DNA of 64,000 nucleotides, from positions 6,856 to 70,855 of the forward strand of contig JAJACG010000004.1 in the NCBI GenBank assembly GCA_022601635.1, in the 5' to 3' direction. The DNA comes from Chlamydiales bacterium. GTDB lineage: Bacteria; Chlamydiota; Chlamydiia; Chlamydiales; JAAKFR01. The position numbers were made by a program, and so were the translations under genes. Position 1 is the first letter of the stretch. Each line of letters begins with the position of its first letter. Under the pieces are notes generated by a model. The model ran no database searches, was not told the DNA's origin, and saw nothing but the letters and a program-made list of their open reading frames with translations. Shown piece after piece: positions 9,711-18,500 of this stretch.

Positions 9711-10350
9711 GCTTCGTCAAAAGACGCTTCTTCAATGGCAGACAGAGGCGCTTAAAGAGGCTGGAATCTCAGATATTTATATCGTTTGTGGCTATAAAAA
9801 AGAGTGTTTTCCTCAAGAGGGCTACCGCTTTTTTGAGAATCCCAATTGGGAGACGACTCAGATGGTTCAATCGCTAATGGAGGCGGATGAGCTACTGAGA
9901 AAAGAGCCTGTTATCGTTTCTTATTCTGATATTGTCTACCACAGTGATATTGTTTCGAAGTTAATGCAATCTTCGGCAGATATTGCGATTTCCTATGATA
10001 GCTGTTGGCAGGAGCTATGGAAAAGACGTTTTTCTGACCCCCTATCAGATGCAGAAACTTTCAAACAGAGTGATGGTTTACTAAGAGAGATTGGCGCAGA
10101 GCCAAAGAGTGTGAGCGAGGTTGAGGGGCAATATATGGGGCTGTTGAAGATCACTCCTTCAGGTTGGTCGAGGCTTAAAGAGATGGATGGAGTGCGCGAC
10201 CTTTCTGTGACTGAAATTTTGCAGAAATTGATTGATCATCAAGAGGAGATAGCAGCAGTTGAGGTTGCGGGTCGTTGGTGTGAGGTTGATTCTGCTGCTG
10301 ATTTAGAGCTCTATGAACAGGGTCCAAATGAACAACATGAGTGGGTATAG
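9607..10350 (+). CDS. NTP-transferase-fold nucleotidyltransferase (candidate CTP:phosphoglutamine cytidylyltransferase, Cj1416-like)
   Basis: KAIILAAGRGSRMGSLTEDRPKCLVEL signature of sugar/phospho-ligand nucleotidyltransferases. 247 aa. 104-nt overlap with the upstream ORF. Confidence 0.8.
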   Translation: MMIETDSYSKAIILAAGRGSRMGSLTEDRPKCLVELRQKTLLQWQTEALKEAGISDIYIVCGYKKECFPQEGYRFFENPNWETTQMVQSLMEADELLRKEPVIVSYSDIVYHSDIVSKLMQSSADIAISYDSCWQELWKRRFSDPLSDAETFKQSDGLLREIGAEPKSVSEVEGQYMGLLKITPSGWSRLKEMDGVRDLSVTEILQKLIDHQEEIAAVEVAGRWCEVDSAADLELYEQGPNEQHEWV

Positions 10351-11589
10351 ATGTTTAGAAAATTGAAACAAGCGCGACGAGAAAAGAGAAAAAACAAGCT
10401 CTATATTGCCAATCCAACTCTTCAGTCAGAGGGAAGCTGTCGATTCATTCCCAATCTTTTTTCTCCAAGAGAAATAAATCGATTGGTTGCTGACCACAAG
10501 CGTATCCTTATTTATGGTCAAAAGGAATTTACAGAAAAAGCGGCGAAGTGGGCACAAGTAGAGGGAAAAGAGATCACTGTTTTCAATGAGCCGACTCAAC
10601 TTTACTACCGCACTGTTCAATGGCCCTTTGATCTGGTGATTTTGCTAACTACAAAGGAGCATTTTTTTGTCTTCTTACGATCGGTGATTCATGGCAGAAA
10701 CTATCGGGGAGAATTAGCAATCCCCGCAACCCAAGAAGGTAGCTGTTCCTTGGAAAGGATCGAATCAAAAATGCCAATCTACCTTTTATGCTTTGCTTGC
10801 TGCGGCGCCAATCGCCTTATGTTTGGCTTCAGACATTTAATGCGTACAATTGATTGGGAGCAGAAACCACACTTAACGACAAGTCATAATGTAAAGCTGA
10901 CAGACAACTTTAAGAATTGGAATGAGTTTGCGGAGGCCCAGAGGTGGTATAATTATCACCTGGACTACTGTCAATGGACTTCCACAAATGATTGGATTCA
11001 TCCTAAACATGTTGAAATTGAGGGATGTCGCAGTGTAGTTTTATGTCGTGATCCTCGCGATGTGGTCAACTCATTTTTCTGGCATACCTGGGCTGACTAT
11101 GGCTATGATCCCAACCATCTACTCAATATTATCAGAGGCCTTTTCCACTCTACGCGCATTGATTTTACCAATCAGTGGCCTTCTGCAAAAGAGAAGTGTG
11201 AGATGATGCTCTATGCTCAAGAATCGCTTAACTGTACAGTGATCCGCTTTGAGGATATGCATAAGAGTGATGAAGGAGCGTTAAAAAAGTTGATGACGGA
11301 GTTGGGGCTCTATCCTCATCCTTTTGGAATGCAAGAGCAAGATTTTGTTCACGCTGCTCTTTTGGGCAGCTTTGACCATCAGATTGGAGATCGTCGTAAA
11401 AGAGGAGAGGGCACTTCTAGCAAAGAGCTCAGATTTATTTCTGCATGTCGCAAGGGAGTCGTGGGTGATTGGCGCTCGAGTTTTACAAAAGAGGCATGTG
11501 ATCTTTTCAAGGAGCAAACAGGTGATGCGCTCATAAAACTTGGCTATGAAACTTCGATGGATTGGGAGGCCAATGCTAAAGTTCATTGA
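10351..11589 (+). CDS. sulfotransferase-fold protein, paralog 1 (412 aa)
   Basis: 3'-phosphate-binding-type motif VVLCRDPRDVVNSFFWH and the eukaryote-type SULT C-terminal motif CRKGVVGDWRSSFT (compare RKGxxGDWKxxFT). Has an extra ~130-aa N-terminal domain. Confidence 0.7.
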   Translation: MFRKLKQARREKRKNKLYIANPTLQSEGSCRFIPNLFSPREINRLVADHKRILIYGQKEFTEKAAKWAQVEGKEITVFNEPTQLYYRTVQWPFDLVILLTTKEHFFVFLRSVIHGRNYRGELAIPATQEGSCSLERIESKMPIYLLCFACCGANRLMFGFRHLMRTIDWEQKPHLTTSHNVKLTDNFKNWNEFAEAQRWYNYHLDYCQWTSTNDWIHPKHVEIEGCRSVVLCRDPRDVVNSFFWHTWADYGYDPNHLLNIIRGLFHSTRIDFTNQWPSAKEKCEMMLYAQESLNCTVIRFEDMHKSDEGALKKLMTELGLYPHPFGMQEQDFVHAALLGSFDHQIGDRRKRGEGTSSKELRFISACRKGVVGDWRSSFTKEACDLFKEQTGDALIKLGYETSMDWEANAKVH

Positions 11590-12766
11590 AAAAAAGAAAA
11601 AAAAGAAGCAACAAGAGGCTCTTTTTGTTGCTTCAAAACCGACACACTCCTTTGATCCTGGTAGCTGCCTCTTCATCCCAAATCTCTTTTGCAAAGAGAG
11701 ATTGGTTCGCCTCGCAAAAAGCCACGCAAACGTACTACTTTTTGGAGAGCCTCAATTTACAACTCCAGCGCAAAATTGGCTCCCAACAGCGAAGGCTATT
11801 ACTTCTATTGAAGATCTCTATGATCGTGAGCTCGACTTTAACTTCGATTTGATCGTTGTCCTAACGCGAACGAAGAATTACCTGCCCTTCTTACGCGCTT
11901 TGATTCATGTACGCGAATACAGAAAATGCATTGCCACTCCAGGAAAAGTTGAGTGGTCGATGAAAATTGAAGATATCGAACCCAAAGAGCCTATTTTCCT
12001 CTGTGCATATCCCTGTGCAGGAACTAACCGTCTTATGTTTGGTTTCCGCCATCTTATGAATTCTATCCAGTGGGAACAAAAACCACATATCGAGCTCTCT
12101 CATAATGCTCGATTGATAAAAAATCGTTTTTCATGGAGCGAATCTGATGAGGTTCAACGCTGGCATCTATACTCGCTAGACTACTGCCAATGGTTGATTT
12201 CCCATCTGTGGTTTGATCTAGAGAAACTGCAGAGCTCAGATAGTAAAATTGTCATATTGATGCGCGATCCACGCGATATCTTAAACTCTCTTTTTTGGCG
12301 TTCTGATAATTGTGATATTTTGGAATTCATCAATGGTCATGATATATCTACTCATATCAACTATACAGCAAAGCTTCCATCAGCAAAAGAGATCTGTAAC
12401 ACCTATCTTCGGGCTCTGGAAATGAAAAACAGTGTCATCATTCGCTTCGAAGACATGCATAACTGCGATCTAGAAGCTCTTAAAGGTTTAATGTCTGATC
12501 TTAAGCTCTTCCCTCATCCCTTTGGCATGAGTGAAGAGGGTTTTGTTAAGGCAGCTTTTTTGGGCAGCTTCCAATATCAAAATGGTGGGAAAAGAAGCCA
12601 CGACTCTACAAAAATACGAGGCCAAATGAATGTCTCCTGTCGCAAAGGTAGCGTTGGTGATTGGCGTTCAAGTTTCACAAAAGAGGCATGCGATCTTTTC
12701 AAAGAGCAAACAGGAGATGCTCTGATTCAGCTTGGATATGAAACATCTATGGATTGGTCGTCTTAG
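11573..12766 (+). CDS. sulfotransferase-fold protein, paralog 2
   Basis: Collinear with paralog 1 (ILMRDPRDILNSLFW, CRKGSVGDWRSSFT). The start is chosen at ATG 11573 (MLKFIEKKKKKKQQEALF), which aligns with the paralog 1 N-terminus. The track start is 11540. Confidence 0.7.
   Translation: MLKFIEKKKKKKQQEALFVASKPTHSFDPGSCLFIPNLFCKERLVRLAKSHANVLLFGEPQFTTPAQNWLPTAKAITSIEDLYDRELDFNFDLIVVLTRTKNYLPFLRALIHVREYRKCIATPGKVEWSMKIEDIEPKEPIFLCAYPCAGTNRLMFGFRHLMNSIQWEQKPHIELSHNARLIKNRFSWSESDEVQRWHLYSLDYCQWLISHLWFDLEKLQSSDSKIVILMRDPRDILNSLFWRSDNCDILEFINGHDISTHINYTAKLPSAKEICNTYLRALEMKNSVIIRFEDMHNCDLEALKGLMSDLKLFPHPFGMSEEGFVKAAFLGSFQYQNGGKRSHDSTKIRGQMNVSCRKGSVGDWRSSFTKEACDLFKEQTGDALIQLGYETSMDWSS
11589..11604 (+). 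repeat. A7-G-A8 homopolymeric tract at the paralog 1 stop / paralog 2 codons 6-11
   Basis: Read directly: tgAAAAAAAGAAAAAAAAGaag. It encodes the KKKKKK run of paralog 2. Confidence 0.9.
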
Positions 12767-12932
12767 CAGCTTTCTGCAACGCCTTCCAGTGGCCACGTAC
12801 ACCGTTAGCACCATCCCAGTAAGCAAAAAAAGCCCATATACCCCAAACAATCAAGATAATATAGGTAATACGTAAAAACCAAGGCACACGATTCTCATGC
12901 GAAGGCGGAATCTCTTCTTCACTCATCATCAT
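12747..12932 (-). CDS. small membrane protein resembling the N-terminal (FixP_N) domain of cbb3 subunit CcoP
   Basis: MMMSEEEIPPSHENRVPWFLRITYIILIVWGIWAFFAYW resembles the CcoP N-terminus (...E.DNPLPRWW + TM helix). No haem domain. 14-nt overlap with the upstream micro-ORF. Confidence 0.5.
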   Translation of the reverse strand: MMMSEEEIPPSHENRVPWFLRITYIILIVWGIWAFFAYWDGANGVRGHWKALQKAAKTTNP

Positions 12933-13062
12933 CCTCAAACAGTTGGTACTTCGCCTCCTCATCTATCCCCAATCTCCCCTTCAAACTCAAGAAGATAAAG
13001 ACTATCAAGGCACTCCCAAATAGAGCAAAAAGCAGCGAGTAGTGCAAAATAAAACCGGTCAT
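12919..13062 (-). CDS. CcoS/FixS-like micro-protein (47 aa)
   Basis: Not in the track (<60 aa). My translation: MTGFILHYSLLFALFGSALIVFIFLSLKGRLGIDEEAKYQLFEDDDE. It has one TM helix plus an acidic tail, like CcoS (…GQFDDLE…ILxDDD). ATGA overlap with the ccoO-like stop. Confidence 0.5.
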   Translation of the reverse strand: MTGFILHYSLLFALFGSALIVFIFLSLKGRLGIDEEAKYQLFEDDDE

Positions 13063-14180
13063 TTCTCATCCAAGATTTTGATCGTTTGAACCGGATCCTT
13101 CCCAAGCCACCAAGCTTGTGTTGGAGGCGTAATCCTTGTGCCCTTCGTCATCAAGTATTGAAAGATGGCCTCAAACTTATAGTTGGGAACACCAAAGGGA
13201 TTTTCAGCAGAGCCGCGCGGATCATTGTCAAAGAAGTGACCATAGGAGGGCATAATACTACCCCGGCTCTCCGATTTAGGAGACCAGAAATGCGACATAT
13301 GCCAATCTCGATGCGGCCGCTTAATCCCCACACGCGAAAGATCAGGTCCAATACGCCTTGTCCCAGGAAACGTCACCTCTTGGTAGACATATTCATTTGC
13401 GGAGGAGGGCGGCGCTGGGTAGTCTGCAGAACCGTTGAGCACCACATCCTGCACAAGAGTGCGCGTCTGATCTGTATGGCAGTACCAACATCCCTCAGCA
13501 CGAAAGATGTTTTCTCCCATCGTAATCAAACTCTTTCGCGACAAAAAACGCTGTTTGCCCTTTTTCAGCTCCTTCAGATTCTTGATCGGCTCCCCCATCT
13601 CATCATAGAGCCAGTAGTGATCCCCTCGCACAAAACGCTTTGAAACACGGTACTCCTTTGGATTATTTACGTAGAGCACGCCCTCAGAAGTGTCATAGGG
13701 TACCGTTCCATTGATCTGAAAGTTTTCAGAAGCCCAGGGCTCCACAACACCATCGCTCTGCACAATGGCAAACGCCTCAGTACTCTTCGGATCAAAGAGC
13801 TCTAGAACCTCACTGCCTTCCTTTTTTTTCAAAAGAAGCACTCGCGAAGTCAGCTTCAACTCCTTGTCCTCTTTGCGCGTCACAAAGGATTCCAGCTCGG
13901 GCGTTGTCTCAATCGTCACCGCTTCACTCTCTTGGTAAGCCTGCAATGTTTTGCCCTCTTGCAAATGGTAGACATATTGCAAGCCTACACCGCCAGGATT
14001 GGAGGTACTCACATAAACATTGGGGTCTGAAACTTCATACATCTGTACTTGATAGCTACTCGATGGCTGCGTCCAGCTAGGATCCACATAGTGCGGCGTA
14101 ATCAAAGTAACAGCAATTGCCGTCGAAAAAAGCAGTAAGATCGCTACAGCGGTCCAAATTGCTGACTTCTCAAGATTCAA
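13059..14180 (-). CDS. ccoO: cbb3-type cytochrome c oxidase monohaem subunit CcoO/FixO with a large N-terminal insertion
   Basis: TM anchor, then GENIFRAEGCWYCHTDQTR...FPGTRRIGPDLSRVGIKRPHRDWHMSHFWSPKSESRGSIMPSY (CcoO signature CxxCH...GPDL.RVG...WH..H...P). About 170 extra residues lie between the anchor and the haem domain. Confidence 0.8.
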   Translation of the reverse strand: MNLEKSAIWTAVAILLLFSTAIAVTLITPHYVDPSWTQPSSSYQVQMYEVSDPNVYVSTSNPGGVGLQYVYHLQEGKTLQAYQESEAVTIETTPELESFVTRKEDKELKLTSRVLLLKKKEGSEVLELFDPKSTEAFAIVQSDGVVEPWASENFQINGTVPYDTSEGVLYVNNPKEYRVSKRFVRGDHYWLYDEMGEPIKNLKELKKGKQRFLSRKSLITMGENIFRAEGCWYCHTDQTRTLVQDVVLNGSADYPAPPSSANEYVYQEVTFPGTRRIGPDLSRVGIKRPHRDWHMSHFWSPKSESRGSIMPSYGHFFDNDPRGSAENPFGVPNYKFEAIFQYLMTKGTRITPPTQAWWLGKDPVQTIKILDEK

Positions 14181-15573
14181 TTGTATGCCTCCTCAAAATC
14201 AGCGTATTACAGATATTATAGACAAACAACGCGCAGCCTATAAAGATCAAAACACCGCTCATCATTCGCCAAAACCACCACCACCACATTCGCTGTACCG
14301 TCTCCAAAAAGGGAAAAGAACTCAGATTCTCATGGTAGTGCGCATAGCTGCTGCCACTGCCCCAGCTCGCCCACTCAAGCCCCTGCTTAAAGCCGCCAAT
14401 CCACAAGACAACAAACATCAAAACAGAGCCTGTAAATGCCAAAACAAAGTGCCATTCAGCCAGCTTGTCTGACCAAAGTGGCCGCTTTGCAATTTTGGGA
14501 ATCACAAAGTAAGTGCCGCCAATAGCAAAAAAAGTAAAGGTTCCAAGTAGCGCCATATGCGCATGGCCAATGATCCAATCAGTTTTCGAAATCACCTCAT
14601 TCACATTGCGCAATGACTGCAGAGATCCCTGCAGACAGACGATCAGGTAGAAGGCAACGCCCACTGTCAAAAAGCGAAGCGCCACACTCTCACTATAGGC
14701 AGACCAATTCTGCTTCAACGTGCCAAAGAAGTTCACAATCACCGTCCAGACTGGAATGATCAACCACATCGAAAAGATGATACTAGTTGTCTGTAACCAT
14801 TGAGACTCTGGTCCATGCAGCATGTGATGCGCACCGATCCACGCATAGACAAAAGCAATCGACCAAAATCCGACCATCGAAAGTGTGTGGCTGTAAAGCG
14901 GACGGTTCACCAATTTGGGGATGAAGTAGTAAGCAGTAGCAAGACCAAGAGGTGTGAAAATCAAACCTACAAGATTATGGACAAAGAAGAAACTGGTGTT
15001 GACGCGTGAGATACCCATCGGCATCCAGACAATGAGGAAATTGCCGACAAAGTAGACAATTGTGGTCCACAGAAGCGTTGCCATCACATACCAGAGCGAA
15101 ACATACATCTTCTTATGCTTACGTCTAAAAATGGTCATGAAGAGATTGACCGAGAAGAGTGCCCAAGCAACAAAGACCAGAGCTTTGATAGGAATGAAGC
15201 GCAACAGCATCATCGGCAGCTCTGCATATTCCCAACCAAAGTTTGTGCCAAAGGGAAAGGAGAAGACACCCAAAATAAGAGAGGGCCACCAAATCCAACT
15301 TGTCAAAGTGGCTAACTTATAGCTCCAAAGAGGAACACCGCAAAGCCTTGGAACGAAGTAATAGACAAGCGCCATGTCCGCAGATAAGAGCCACAAGAGG
15401 GTAACAGTTCCGACATGAACAGGACGAATGCGCCCAAAGGTAACATATTCACCAGAAAAGTAGTCGGGAATTAAGAAGCCGTTGATCGAAATGAAGATAG
15501 CAACCAAGAGTCCCATGAGCAGAAAGCCAAGCGCAGGGTAGAGCATCTGTTTTACAGGGCGGTCATCGTACAT
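14170..15573 (-). CDS. ccoN: cbb3-type cytochrome c oxidase subunit I CcoN
   Basis: 467 aa, 12+ TM helices, haem/Cu His ligand contexts (WIGAHHMLHG, IIGHAHMALLG, HVGTVTLLW). Confidence 0.85.
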   Translation of the reverse strand: MYDDRPVKQMLYPALGFLLMGLLVAIFISINGFLIPDYFSGEYVTFGRIRPVHVGTVTLLWLLSADMALVYYFVPRLCGVPLWSYKLATLTSWIWWPSLILGVFSFPFGTNFGWEYAELPMMLLRFIPIKALVFVAWALFSVNLFMTIFRRKHKKMYVSLWYVMATLLWTTIVYFVGNFLIVWMPMGISRVNTSFFFVHNLVGLIFTPLGLATAYYFIPKLVNRPLYSHTLSMVGFWSIAFVYAWIGAHHMLHGPESQWLQTTSIIFSMWLIIPVWTVIVNFFGTLKQNWSAYSESVALRFLTVGVAFYLIVCLQGSLQSLRNVNEVISKTDWIIGHAHMALLGTFTFFAIGGTYFVIPKIAKRPLWSDKLAEWHFVLAFTGSVLMFVVLWIGGFKQGLEWASWGSGSSYAHYHENLSSFPFLETVQRMWWWWFWRMMSGVLIFIGCALFVYNICNTLILRRHTIES

Positions 15574-18500
15574 GGCTATTCATCTTCCTTATGCGAGCTG
15601 TTTCTGTTTGTAGCCGCGTCTTCAAGTTGATGTAACCCGCCTGCTCAGCCAATATCTCTTGCTTCTTCTTGTCCGCTAACGGATTTTTCGGATCCACTTG
15701 TACATCATACTCTGCTATTTTTGCATCCAAATAGCGGTAAACAAGCTCCAAATCACGCTGATCCCTAACCTCCATATAGGTGTAAAAATGCTCCATCGGT
15801 ACACGCTTACTAATCAGTAGTTCACCCAAATTATAGAAAATCGCCCTCTCTTCTCTCACCCATGCAATCTGTTTCACCAATTTCTCATCTTTGCCCTTCA
15901 AGGGAATCCTCGCCTCCTCAAGCTCAATCTGCTTGCGATCAAAGACCTTATAGAGCACCTCCTGCAATCTCTCCCTCTCTAGTGCTGATCTAGAAAAATT
16001 GCGCACATACATCGTCAGCTGCATCCTCTGCTTCGAACTCGTCTGATCACCCCAAGGCGTCATCGCCGTCCCAGCAATACCATATTTGATCGAACGAAGA
16101 AGTCGCATATCATCGCGCGACTGGATCCATGGCAGGTTAGTAAACATCCGCGGTTTCGCCTCCTGCATCGATGTCGCCCGCTCACCAGCTCCCGTCCCCT
16201 CCTTTCCATGGCAAACAGCGCAATTGATAATATAAAAAGGCTCAATCTCTTTCAGATTACCCTCTGTATAATACTTCTCGCGGATATACCCTCCATCAAA
16301 GTAAGCAGCAACCGACACATCGTCAGGAACAGGTGATAGCAGCCCTCCCTCATCTCTCATCTCCTGCACAACATCATTGGCTGAATAGCGCCACTTCACA
16401 TCATCCATCACTGGATCTCGATGCGACGGCGGTAAGCCGCGGTAGAGCCAGTCCACAAGCTGCGTAATCTGTCCATCACTCAACACACCCTCACCCCAAG
16501 GTGGCATCGGCGTACCCACAACCCCCATTGTGATAGAATCAATCGCCTCTTTCTTCGTCAAATTACGCAAAAAGACGGGGTTACGTAAATTCTTCGGCAC
16601 AGGATAGATCCACTGGGCAACCGGGCCATTGCCCTGACGCTGATCACCATGACAACTCGCACAGAGCGTTTGATATGCAACAGAGGGACTAAAACCCTCC
16701 TTCTCCCACCGCTTTTGCAACTTATCGCGATTTCTCTTGCCCATCTCCTTGAGCATGTAGTTGAGTGCAAAAAATTTGGTGTCGTCAAATGGCATTGAGG
16801 GCATCAGCGAACGCGCCGTATAAGCAGCTGGATTGCGAAAGTGACCCAGCAGCCACGCATCCGAGCGCATCACACCCGACCAGTTCAGCGGCGGCGCAAT
16901 CTCACGACCCAGCCCATACTCACCGATCATAGCTTGCAAAACTGTGTTCAGTCTTCTTTGATACTTCTCAGATTCATCAACACGAGAGGCAAACTTGAAG
17001 TTGGGATAAAACCCTATCAAAAGACCCGGAAAGCGCTGCTCAAGCTGCATCAACAAGGTATATTGCTTTGTCGCCAAGAACTTGTGATCTATCTCCTCTC
17101 CCTTCTCCTGAATCCGCTCAGCTAAAGTCGATCCCAAAATGTTTTCCGGGAACGTACGCTCAAACCAAGCTCTGTCTGTCGGCTTGACATGACTATCAAA
17201 TCCTTCCAATCTGTGACAGGAGGCGCAACCTTGAGTCGCAAAAACTGTTTGGCCAAAGTGCAAGTTGCGTAGCTCAGTTGGGGCAATCGGTTCTTCCCAT
17301 GGAAGCTTTGCTCCCGCTTCCCATTGAGCAATAGAGACTTTTTGATCCACTTCAGAGTGTGTTTTGCGCATTCCTGTCTGCGCCATCAAGAAGGCCATGA
17401 GATCCTCCACCTCTTGATGATCGAGGTGGAAGTTGGGCATTGTCGAAGAGGGCAAATCTGCTTGAGGCCAGACAATCGACTCTTTGACATACCAGGGGTA
17501 GGAGAGTCCAATCTGTGTCAGCTCAGGTCCAATAGATGCGCGTGAAAGACCCGCAATACGGTGGCAGGCGTAGCAGCTTTGTGAGATATAGAGCTCGCGT
17601 CCCCGCTCATAGTGAGCAAAGAGTGGGCCGCGCTTCAAGGTAGCAATCAGCTGCTTGTCTTGGACAGCGCTCAAATAGCCCTCTTTTGCCTCTTCATACT
17701 CTTGCAACTTTTTGCTCTGCTCTTCAATCACCTTTGCCTTGGTAAAAGATTGCTGATTAACAAGAAGCTGCAATTGATTCACATCCTCAGCAGCAGAAGC
17801 AACTTTGAGCAGCTCTTCTGCCCTCTCTTCAGAGCCCACAATTTGCTCTACAGAGCTGGCGATATTACCACCCTCTTTCAAAAAGGCGATCTGTCCCTCT
17901 AAGGCATCAATCTGAGTGGGCGTCAGCAAAAAGTTTTGTCGCTCAATTTCCAAATAGCGAATTGTCTTCTCAACATCTCGCTTAGCAATCAGCCGCTGCA
18001 GATTGAGTAGAGCGAGAAGAGCCTCTTTTTCATCTTCTACAGCCTCTCTTAGATCCGCAAGCTGCTGCTCCTTAGCAGCAGTCAATTGATTGATCTGCAT
18101 CACAGTGGAGCTAACATCATCTTGCGCTGTTTGGTGGCATTGCATGCATTTCGCTTCAATCAACGGCCCCACCAGCAGTGGCTTAGTTTGAAAAGTTAGA
18201 TCATGGCCCGGCTTGCCATTATACCGTTTTGAAAAGGGGGGGTCAAAGCGCTCATCAAGCTCCAAAAATTGCGGAGTGAGTCCAGCGTGCGCCTCTTCAT
18301 AATCTGAGACCGGCCCATGCGCTCTTTTGGCCACAAGTGAGCGGCCATTTCCGCTGTGACATGAAGTGCATCCATACTCTTCAACGGGATGAAACTCAAA
18401 AGGCTTTGTCTCAGCACCAATCAATGGATGCGCATTCAGAGCCCCTCGATATTTTTGCAGCTTTTGTGGCGCATTCAAAAAGACGTAGTCAGGGTTAGGC

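Noticed and set aside
11281-11694. A 137-aa minus-strand ORF across the junction of the two SULT-like genes (contains FFFFFF)
   Set aside because: It is the antisense translation of the poly-A tract and of the conserved sulfotransferase C-terminus, so it is a shadow ORF.
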